A stretch of 10,681 nt of DNA from Patescibacteria group bacterium (GTDB lineage Bacteria > Patescibacteriota > Gracilibacteria > UBA4473), in contig CBFIAK010000003.1 of NCBI GenBank assembly GCA_965660445.1, positions 1 through 10,681 of the forward strand. The letters run 5' to 3'. Positions 1-7,141 of the stretch are shown piece by piece. Made by a program: the position numbers and the translations under genes. Position 1 is the first letter of the stretch. Each line of letters starts with the position of its first letter. Under the pieces are notes generated by a model. That model saw nothing but the letters and a program-made list of their open reading frames with translations, had not been told where the DNA came from and made no database searches.

Positions 1-97
1 TTTGAATCGTTTTTTTTAACGATTCTAGATCCTTATGAGTGGCGATCCGTATAGGTTCTTCTGCGAGTAATTCATCGTAACGGGGAGTTTCGCTCAT
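1..97 (-). CDS. Hypothetical protein, N-terminal fragment running off the window (MSETPRYDELLAEEPIRIATHKDLESLKKTIQ...)
   Basis: Manual translation: ATG at 97-95 with 32 open codons to the edge, directly downstream of a good sigma70-type promoter. Not in the ORF track. Confidence 0.65.
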   Translation of the reverse strand, partial: MSETPRYDELLAEEPIRIATHKDLESLKKTIQ

Positions 98-103
98 CGT
101 ATT

Positions 104-132
104 ATTATACCTGAAAAAAGCGAAGAATACAA
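104..132 (-). promoter_or_regulatory. Sigma70-type promoter TTGTAT-N17-TATAAT, probably giving a leaderless mRNA
   Basis: -35 at 132-127 and perfect -10 at 109-104 with a 17 bp spacer. Only 6 nt separate the -10 box from the ATG at 97. Confidence 0.65.
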
Positions 133-148
133 TGAGAGAAAATAGTTT

Positions 149-2338
149 CTATTTATCGGGAGGGATTCCCATGTGTTGAAACAAAAATTCTGCCGATTTT
201 CGAAAAGTAACAGCGGCTGTTTCAGAACCCCATTGTGATGACTTTGGATAATCATATTTTACTAAAATTACGAATTTTGGGTCTTGGAGTGGGCCAAATC
301 CTGCATAGGAAGTGATAGTTGTTCCGGCTCCTTCTTGAGCTTTTCCGTTTTTATAGGTTTGTGAGGTTCCTGTTTTTCCCATAATGGTATATCCATAAAC
401 CTGTGAAGCGGTGGCAATCCCTTTTTCGACGGTATGTAATAACATAGCTTTGACGGTATTGTAGGTTTCATTAGAGATAACTCGTTTTATTTTTTGTGGA
501 TGAAATTTCTTCACTGTTCCATCGGGATAACGAATTTCTTCTACTAAGATAGGTTTATTGAGATATCCTCCATTGGCAAGAGCTGAAAAAGCATATGCCA
601 TTTGGAGTGGTGTTGATGTAACCCCTTGTCCGAAACCTCGAGTAACGAGCTCTGATTCAGTCCATTCATTCCAGAAAGGAAGTGTTCCATTGGCTTCTCC
701 GTTTAGTTCAATATCAGTGTATTCTCCGAACCCAAAATCCTTGAGATATGTATAAAGAAGCTGAGAACCCATTTTTTTTGTAATAAAAGCAATTCCGGTA
801 TTGAGCGATCGACTCAAGACCGAAACCATACTTGTCCAACCAGCGTATGTGCTATCAGAGTTTCGAATCTGAAATTCATCTACTTTGATAGGCCCAACGT
901 CATTAAACACAGTTTGAGGTGTTATTTCTTGAGCGTTTATAGCAGCGGCTATCGTAACCGCTTTCATAACAGATCCAGGTTCATATGTGTCAGCAACAAT
1001 TCGGTTTCGAAAAACGAGTGGCCCCCAAGTATTAAAATATCGAAAATATTGTCCTGTTTCTGTTTGTATAGTGGGTATTCGTTTATTAAAATTTTCGTTT
1101 TCCATATCGAACTGGTATTGTTCTTCTGTGATTTCGTATTGAGAAAATGCTTTTGTGTATTGATTTGGATCGAACGTCGGTTGGTGCACCATGGCTAATA
1201 TTCTTCCTGTTTCTGGTTCTATAACAATAATCTGTCCAGCATCAGCTTCAAATCGACGAATGTCATCAGCGAGTATTTTTTCAAGTTGACCTTGAATAAC
1301 TCTATCAATTGATAAGACAACATCGGCTCCGTTTTCGGCTCTTGAAAACTGGTAGTCTTTTCCGAGTATTTGTTGTCCACGAATATTTGTCGCTCCAAAA
1401 ATAACACCACTCTTTCCAGAAAGTATATCGTTAAATCGACCTTCAATTCCGTATTGTCCTACACCATTGTTATTTACAAATCCAATTACTTGAGATGCTA
1501 AACTTCGTTCGGGGTAGTATCGCCACTGTTCATCTTGTAGTTGTATACCCCTTAATATTGTTTGATATTCAGGATTGTTTTTGAGTGCTTCTATTTTTTC
1601 AGATACTTCGGGGTTTATTTTTTCTTGAATCGGAATATATCGAGTCTGTCTGCGCTTGAGAAGTTCGGCTAATGTATCGGGTTCTATATTAATAAGTGGC
1701 GACAATATTTCTGCTGATTTGACTGGATCGGTAATAAGCACAGGGTCTGCAATAAGCTGGTTTTCTTCAACACTTATACCTTGAAGTCGTAGTTGGAGGA
1801 TAGTATTTCCTCTTTCTGGTGTAATTCCATTAACAAGTATGACACGGCGACGCTCAAGTTGTGTAAACTTTTTTTCGAGTTCTTTTTGATATGCTTGGAT
1901 AATGCTTTTTTCTAATGGTGTCCAGTCTGCTGGATCTTCCTTTACTATACATCCTTCGATTCTTTCACAATGTGAGTTTATGAGTAATGGAGCAATGAGT
2001 TGTGCTGCGAGTTGAGGGTTTCCTCGTTCTTGGTTGTCAAGTGGTTCTCTGGGGTTATACCGAGGATAAGCAAGAATAAGTGGATCAACGAATAACATTT
2101 TAAGGGTGTTATTGGTTGCGAGTGGAATGTATTCATCCACTTTCATATTTTTTCGTACTAATATTTTCCCTCTTTGAGCAGGGAGTTCAAACCGTTTTTG
2201 GTGTTGATCTCGAGCAAGGGTTTCATATTTATTATGTTCCAGTATTTGTAATTCAAATAATCGAATAGTAAATACGAGAAATATAATGCTGAACGCATAC
2301 TGCAAAACTCGTATTCTTTTTTTTACTCGAAAATCCAT
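149..2338 (-). CDS. ftsI: Class B penicillin-binding protein (FtsI/PBP3-like peptidoglycan D,D-transpeptidase), 729 aa, with insertions
   Basis: N-terminal TM anchor; class B motifs RGKI, RYYP, GQYGIE, DVVLSID and TGRILAM; catalytic SxxK (EPGSVMK, S456), SxN (SLN) and KTG (GKTGT). FDPN, YEPGS and GFGQG...TPLQ favour FtsI/SpoVD over MrdA. Confidence 0.88.
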   Translation of the reverse strand: MDFRVKKRIRVLQYAFSIIFLVFTIRLFELQILEHNKYETLARDQHQKRFELPAQRGKILVRKNMKVDEYIPLATNNTLKMLFVDPLILAYPRYNPREPLDNQERGNPQLAAQLIAPLLINSHCERIEGCIVKEDPADWTPLEKSIIQAYQKELEKKFTQLERRRVILVNGITPERGNTILQLRLQGISVEENQLIADPVLITDPVKSAEILSPLINIEPDTLAELLKRRQTRYIPIQEKINPEVSEKIEALKNNPEYQTILRGIQLQDEQWRYYPERSLASQVIGFVNNNGVGQYGIEGRFNDILSGKSGVIFGATNIRGQQILGKDYQFSRAENGADVVLSIDRVIQGQLEKILADDIRRFEADAGQIIVIEPETGRILAMVHQPTFDPNQYTKAFSQYEITEEQYQFDMENENFNKRIPTIQTETGQYFRYFNTWGPLVFRNRIVADTYEPGSVMKAVTIAAAINAQEITPQTVFNDVGPIKVDEFQIRNSDSTYAGWTSMVSVLSRSLNTGIAFITKKMGSQLLYTYLKDFGFGEYTDIELNGEANGTLPFWNEWTESELVTRGFGQGVTSTPLQMAYAFSALANGGYLNKPILVEEIRYPDGTVKKFHPQKIKRVISNETYNTVKAMLLHTVEKGIATASQVYGYTIMGKTGTSQTYKNGKAQEGAGTTITSYAGFGPLQDPKFVILVKYDYPKSSQWGSETAAVTFRKSAEFLFQHMGIPPDK

Positions 2339-2473
2339 ATCGTCTCAAACTATGCCATAAGAACAAAAAAAAATCCATATTCTTTTTCTATCTCTATTTC
2401 ATGTTTTTTTATTTTGTCAATGCCATTTTGTGGTTTCTTTTTGTTTTTATTAGTTGTTTTTTTGTTCTCTCGA

Positions 2474-2479
2474 TATAAT
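2474..2479 (+). promoter_or_regulatory. Perfect -10 box TATAAT, 9 nt upstream of ATG 2489
   Basis: Sequence cgaTATAATgatgtggctATG; no convincing -35 and no SD. Confidence 0.45.
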
Positions 2480-2488
2480 GATGTGGCT

Positions 2489-3673
2489 ATGCCATTTCAT
2501 GATTTTCAGCGCACACTTGGAAAAAAGGTCTTTGTGATGATAGGGACGTCCTTTTTTTTAGGTGCTTCTTGGTTTACAATGGAACAATTTCTTATGGATA
2601 TGGAAGTGCCTTTGCCGTTTCTTTCATCGAATTCTTTTTTAAACGAAAAAACCAGAAACCGTATCAGTACATTTCGAGACACTCATATTACTCGACAAGA
2701 ATCTGCTGAATTTGAACAACCTACTGAGCAATTAGTGGTGCGTCCAACATCAGTTCGGAATCAGCATCGAAAAATGCAAGACTTAACGAATTTTGAAACA
2801 AAAGGCAGTACACTTGCTTTTTATGAAAATTTTTATGCTTCAGCCGCAAAGTCGGAATGTAAGGACTCTGATGGAGGTATTAATTATGCTCAAAGAGGAG
2901 AAGTTGTGTATGAATCTGGGGATACAAAAGTCAAAACCATTTTATCAGATCGAGTTTTAGGGACTCATGAGTTACTTGAGTATTATTGTGAGAACGGAAC
3001 ATTGAAAGCTGAGTCAATGCGATGTCCTATTGAACTCAAAGGTCCTGCGTGTGCTTTGTCTTCCAAAGAAGCAATGGCAAAAGAGTTCTTTTATTCAGCA
3101 GATAAGGAATATTCTTCAACTCATATCTTGCAATTGGCTCCCGGATGGAACTGGGTTTCGTTTGCTTTAGATCCGCATACGAAAGTAGTGAAGGATTTAT
3201 TTCAACCACTGTACGAAGTCGATGAGTCTTTCATTATAAAAGAACACACTGGAGATTTGTTTTGGCCAAAGATGGATATTGATTTATTAGGAGTTATTGA
3301 TCCATTTACGGCATACCAAATATACGTCTCTCGTCCGTTGGAACTTGAGATTCCTGGATCGGAATTTGCATATCCTATTTATCAAGAGTTGAAAGCTGGG
3401 TGGAACTTTTTTGGGTTTCATTCGTTTGAACCAGCAAAAGTACAGTGTGTTCTGAAAGATTTGATAGATTCCAACCAGTTATGGGCCGTGAAAGATTCGA
3501 AAGGGAAGGTGATGGCGTCTGTAAATGGTGAATGGGAAGACGAAATTGAATCGTTTGTGCCTGGTCAAGCATATCAAGTGTATGTGTATAACTTTGAAGG
3601 AGAAACACGTCAGTTTGAGTTTCGTGAATCGTTTTTGTGTGAAGAGAATGTTTTAGAGAGGACCGAAGAATAG
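2489..3673 (+). CDS. Membrane-anchored or secreted surface protein (394 aa) with a C-x-DSDGG cysteine module and two LxxGWN repeats
   Basis: The start is better placed at ATG 2489 (MPFHDF...) than TTG 2414. Basic residues precede a hydrophobic stretch (KKVFVMIGTSFFLGASWF). CKDSDGG...EYYC...C...GPAC lies at 2858-3052, followed by LAPGWNWVSF...AYQIYV and LKAGWNFFGF...AYQVYV about 85 aa apart. Confidence 0.75.
   Translation: MPFHDFQRTLGKKVFVMIGTSFFLGASWFTMEQFLMDMEVPLPFLSSNSFLNEKTRNRISTFRDTHITRQESAEFEQPTEQLVVRPTSVRNQHRKMQDLTNFETKGSTLAFYENFYASAAKSECKDSDGGINYAQRGEVVYESGDTKVKTILSDRVLGTHELLEYYCENGTLKAESMRCPIELKGPACALSSKEAMAKEFFYSADKEYSSTHILQLAPGWNWVSFALDPHTKVVKDLFQPLYEVDESFIIKEHTGDLFWPKMDIDLLGVIDPFTAYQIYVSRPLELEIPGSEFAYPIYQELKAGWNFFGFHSFEPAKVQCVLKDLIDSNQLWAVKDSKGKVMASVNGEWEDEIESFVPGQAYQVYVYNFEGETRQFEFRESFLCEENVLERTEE
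3128..3590 (+). repeat. Two tandem ~85-aa protein-level repeats (LxxGWN...AYQxYV)
   Basis: GWN codons begin at 3143 and 3398 (255 nt apart); AYQ codons begin at 3311 and 3569 (258 nt apart). The copies are diverged at DNA level. Confidence 0.75.
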
Positions 3674-3679
3674 TTTTTC

Positions 3680-4711
3680 TTAGTTTTTGTTATGACGTTG
3701 TAGGCTGTTTTCTATTGATTCTTCAACGATTTTTTTGTGTTGAGCAACAGGTCTGTATTTGGGAAAATACGAATTGAAGAGGGAAGCCAACTCGTTTATT
3801 GTGTCTTCATCATTAGGGTTTTCGAGTGCTTTTTTATACATTGCTTCCGCTTTTTTGCTTTGCCCTGTTTCAATATAGTATTGACAGAGCTCGTGATGGC
3901 CAAATGGTTCATAGGGGTTTAATTCATAGAGTTGTTCGAGAATGTGTATTGGCTCTTTGTCTTCCGGTAAGTCAATGAGATCATCGTTGTAGAGTGTGTA
4001 GAGATCTTGGAGTAATTGTTCAAGGGTTTCATCGTCGCCTTCTGTTTCGTTTTGATGAATTGCATCGTATAGTTTTTGTTGGTACAAGTCGACTTTGAAT
4101 TGATATTTAGATTGTTTATTGTGAGCAAGTTTTCCATAGAGTTTACACAATGGATAGAGGAGAAATTGATTTTGAGTTGTATTATAAATCGAATCAAACC
4201 GAATCATAAGAGTGTCAATTGCTTCTTCGTTGGTATGTTTTGTATAAAATTCAAAAATAGCGTTCCAAAAATACTCGTTTTCTGATTTTTGTTCTAAAAG
4301 CCAATCAAGAGTTTCTTTCGCGAATTGAATGTTGTTTTTATTTTTTTCTATAAACGCTTCTCGGAGTTTTTTATCAAAATAAGGGTCGTCAAATAAGGGT
4401 TGATATTGATCGTATGGATTTTCAATATTATGGGCAATAATTTCTAAGTCTTGTTCTAAATCCTCTTTTTCTCTCATAATATCAGTGACATCTTTTTCTT
4501 CTGTTTTCTCTTCTGCTTGTGGATACAGATATTTATAAAGACGTTTTTTAGTGTCATCTTGTATTTTTATAATCAAATCATCTATCGTTTTAATAAGTTC
4601 ATTCGGATTTCCTTTTTTGTATTCAGCAAAGGCTTTTGTTCGTGATAGGGTATTAAAATTTTCTGATAGAAAATTGGAAATATAATCGGGAAGATTTGGA
4701 TATTTTTTCAT
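3680..4711 (-). CDS. Alpha-helical protein with C-terminal TPR-like repeats (about 343 aa)
   Basis: The likely start is ATG 4711 (MKKYPNL), since the track start at 4774 overlaps comM. TPR-like signature LEQLYELNPYEPFGHHELCQYYIETGQSKKAEAMYKKALENPND; acidic, helical composition. Confidence 0.7.
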   Translation of the reverse strand: MKKYPNLPDYISNFLSENFNTLSRTKAFAEYKKGNPNELIKTIDDLIIKIQDDTKKRLYKYLYPQAEEKTEEKDVTDIMREKEDLEQDLEIIAHNIENPYDQYQPLFDDPYFDKKLREAFIEKNKNNIQFAKETLDWLLEQKSENEYFWNAIFEFYTKHTNEEAIDTLMIRFDSIYNTTQNQFLLYPLCKLYGKLAHNKQSKYQFKVDLYQQKLYDAIHQNETEGDDETLEQLLQDLYTLYNDDLIDLPEDKEPIHILEQLYELNPYEPFGHHELCQYYIETGQSKKAEAMYKKALENPNDEDTINELASLFNSYFPKYRPVAQHKKIVEESIENSLQRHNKN

Positions 4712-4739
4712 AAACAGAATAATAAAAATTATTTTATTT

Positions 4740-6257
4740 TCATGATTTTGGTCTGTATCCAATAGCTTCAGCAATATGCTGAGTTTCTATCGAATCGCAA
4801 TCATGAAGATCAGCAATAGTTCTCGCTATTTTTATTATACGATAAAAAGACCGACCTGACAAGTTCATTTTAGCAGTGGCTTCTTTGAGTAAGTCTTGGC
4901 ATTCTTTAGAAAGAGGAGCGTATTTCTTGACGTGCGGAGATGTCATATGTGCATTGAATTCAATTGGTTCGTTTTGAAACCGATCTTTTTGTCTTGCTCG
5001 TGCTTTTTCAACAAATGATCGAAATGTACGAGAATCATGAGATGAGGCACTGCTATTTATTTTTTCAAACGGGAGAGCTGGAATATGAATATGTAAATCA
5101 ATTCTATCAACGATTGGCCCTGATATTCGGTTTTGGTATTTTTGTATTTGAGCGGCTGAACAGGTGCATCGAGTGTCGTTACTTTCAAACCCGCAAGGCG
5201 TTGGGTTTGTAGCTGCCACAAGCATAAACTGTGACGGAAACTGAACTTTTCCTGACGCTCTTGAAATACTGATATATCCGTCTTCAAGGGGTTGTCGTAA
5301 AATATCTATTGTGCGCTGTGAAAACTCACCAAATTCATCTATAAAAAGAACTCCTCCATGAGCGAGTGATATTTCCCCAGGGCTCGGTGGGTTTCCGCCT
5401 CCAGCGAGTGCTACACTACTGGCCGTGTGATGAATAGACCGAAATGGACGACTGCGGATAATTGGGTTTTCGGGGCTTGTGAGTCCAGCGATCGAATGAA
5501 TCTTTGTAATATCAAGGGCTTCTTTAAGGCTGAGCGTTGGGAGTATAGTGATGATTGATTGGGCGAGCATTGATTTTCCTGTTCCGGGGGGACCAGAGAG
5601 GAGAATATTGTGTCCACCTGCTGCAGCGATACACAAAGCTCTTTTGGCGTGTTCGTGTCCTTTAATATGTTTTAAGTCTCGACTGTCGTCGTGGTTTTCG
5701 TTTTGTTCAATAAGGGGGATAAACGATGTTTTTGGTATGTGTTGGTGTTGCGTTATGTGTTGTGTTGCTTCGTGTAGAGTTGTGCCAGCATATATATCAA
5801 TATCTGGTACAAATTGACATTCTCCTTCGTTTTCTTTTGGAATAAATATTTGTTTAAAGTTTTGAGTGTGTGCAAACGCAGTTAAAGGCAGAGCGCCACG
5901 AATGGGACGAATTTGTCCTTGAAAATTAAGTTCTCCTAAAAAGAGAGCATGCTTATATGTTGGAGGAATCGTTATCTGTTCGCTAGCATGAAGGATTCCT
6001 AAAGCAATTGCTAAATCGAACCGAGGACCATATTTTTTAATATCAGCGGGAGCAAGATTGACCGATATGACTTGAGAAGGAAACTCAAATCCACTATTTT
6101 TCAGCGCTGATCGAATCCGTTCTTTTGATTCTTGAATAGCGGTGTCTCCTAGTCCAACAATGGAAAACCGAGGGAGTCCTTTGTGGATATCGACTTCAAT
6201 ATCAATAACAGCTCCATCGAGCCCGATAGTTGTGAGTGACTGAAGAGTGCAAAGCAT
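4740..6257 (-). CDS. comM: YifB/ComM family Mg-chelatase-like AAA+ ATPase (505 aa)
   Basis: N-terminal IEVDIHKGLPRFSIVGLGD...ESKERIRSAL and VNLAPAD; Walker A GPPGTGKS; FRSIHH; GEISLAHGGVLFIDE (Walker B); SGPIVDRID; C-terminal ARTIADL...HIAEAIGYR. ATG 6257 fits the family N-terminus. Confidence 0.95.
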   Translation of the reverse strand: MLCTLQSLTTIGLDGAVIDIEVDIHKGLPRFSIVGLGDTAIQESKERIRSALKNSGFEFPSQVISVNLAPADIKKYGPRFDLAIALGILHASEQITIPPTYKHALFLGELNFQGQIRPIRGALPLTAFAHTQNFKQIFIPKENEGECQFVPDIDIYAGTTLHEATQHITQHQHIPKTSFIPLIEQNENHDDSRDLKHIKGHEHAKRALCIAAAGGHNILLSGPPGTGKSMLAQSIITILPTLSLKEALDITKIHSIAGLTSPENPIIRSRPFRSIHHTASSVALAGGGNPPSPGEISLAHGGVLFIDEFGEFSQRTIDILRQPLEDGYISISRASGKVQFPSQFMLVAATNPTPCGFESNDTRCTCSAAQIQKYQNRISGPIVDRIDLHIHIPALPFEKINSSASSHDSRTFRSFVEKARARQKDRFQNEPIEFNAHMTSPHVKKYAPLSKECQDLLKEATAKMNLSGRSFYRIIKIARTIADLHDCDSIETQHIAEAIGYRPKS

Positions 6258-6273
6258 GTGTGTTTTTTTCTTT

Positions 6274-6302
6274 ACCTTAGTATTTTTTAAAAAAAGACTC
6301 AA
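6274..6302 (-). promoter_or_regulatory. Putative sigma70 promoter of comM, TTGAGT-N17-TAAGGT
   Basis: -35 at 6302-6297 and -10 at 6279-6274; 16 nt to the ATG through an A-rich leader with no SD. Confidence 0.45.
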
Positions 6303-6326
6303 TAGTTTCTGTTTTTTTGAAAGTAA

Positions 6327-6354
6327 TTGACGTATTTTATTTTTCTTTTATATT
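6327..6354 (+). promoter_or_regulatory. Putative sigma70 promoter TTGACG-N16-TATATT, leaderless configuration
   Basis: -35 at 6327-6332 and -10 at 6349-6354; 7 nt to ATG 6362. Confidence 0.55.
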
Positions 6355-6361
6355 AGTCACC

Positions 6362-7141
6362 ATGAATAAACTTCCTTCGTCATTATCTCTTGATGCTCAT
6401 CGTCAAGCTGAGATTGATCGTATAAATGAATGTACTCAAATTTATTGGCAAAAAGCAATAAATGATCCCGTTCATGCGCGTGATTATTTAAGAGAGTTAT
6501 GTGATGTTATTTTTGATGGGGTTCGTATTGAAACATTTCTTCATGATATTGGGAATATTCTTCATATAAAGGAAGGAATTTTGTTTGCTCCCAATCATCC
6601 AGGAGTGCTTGATGAACATAAGATATTTTTTAATAATACACACTCAATACCGTATTATATTTTGCATTTTGATTTTCTTATAGAGTATTTGCTCGACAAA
6701 AAAGTTCATTTCATTGTGAGTGATCCTATTGATGAATCATATCGAGAACTAATTCGACAAATGGAATACATCATAGTACCAGATAAAGCTCATGGAAAAA
6801 AAATGACCACAGAAGAACGAGAAGCTATCAACGCACAAATTCAATCGTATTTAGAAAAAGGAGAACATGTAGCGTTTTTTCCAGAAGGGAAAAGTCATGG
6901 GGAAGGGAATATTGGAAAACTACAAAAAGGAATGGTTCATTTTGTGAACCAAAACCCAAAGACGCCCCTTGTTCCTGTTCGTTTAGATGGGTTTGATAAG
7001 CCATATCATCAGATAGATGTTACGTTTGCTCCTCCAAAAACGGCTGATGATATTTCAGAAAGAAACGAATCAGCAGAAGAAATTGTGGAAGATATTCGTC
7101 GTCGTGTATATCGAGACGGGTTAGGCTTGCGTATGGTTTAA
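6362..7141 (+). CDS. PlsC-like lysophospholipid acyltransferase (LPLAT family), 259 aa
   Basis: Catalytic HxxxxD (NHPGVLD), block III FFPEGK, block IV PLVPVRL and C-terminal VTFAPP. ATG 6362 is preferred over TTG 6317. Confidence 0.8.
   Translation: MNKLPSSLSLDAHRQAEIDRINECTQIYWQKAINDPVHARDYLRELCDVIFDGVRIETFLHDIGNILHIKEGILFAPNHPGVLDEHKIFFNNTHSIPYYILHFDFLIEYLLDKKVHFIVSDPIDESYRELIRQMEYIIVPDKAHGKKMTTEEREAINAQIQSYLEKGEHVAFFPEGKSHGEGNIGKLQKGMVHFVNQNPKTPLVPVRLDGFDKPYHQIDVTFAPPKTADDISERNESAEEIVEDIRRRVYRDGLGLRMV

Noticed and set aside
4-25. Inverted repeat GAATCGTT-N6-AACGATTC, with a similar AGAATCG-AA-CGATTCT at 10275-10290
   Set aside because: Both are short, lie inside coding sequence and have different spacers. 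There is no U-tract, and ATCG/CGAT words are common here.
2330-2380. Direct repeat AAAATCCATAT at the ftsI start and 40 bp upstream
   Set aside because: Only two AT-rich 11-mers, which is compatible with chance; an operator cannot be supported.
2414-2488. Hydrophobic N-terminal extension from TTG 2414 that looks like a signal peptide
   Set aside because: It is the translation of T-rich promoter DNA; it contains the TATAAT box and lacks a basic n-region.
4729-4743. Mini-ORF MKIK* overlapping the comM stop (ATGA)
   Set aside because: Four codons in A-rich DNA with no evidence of function.
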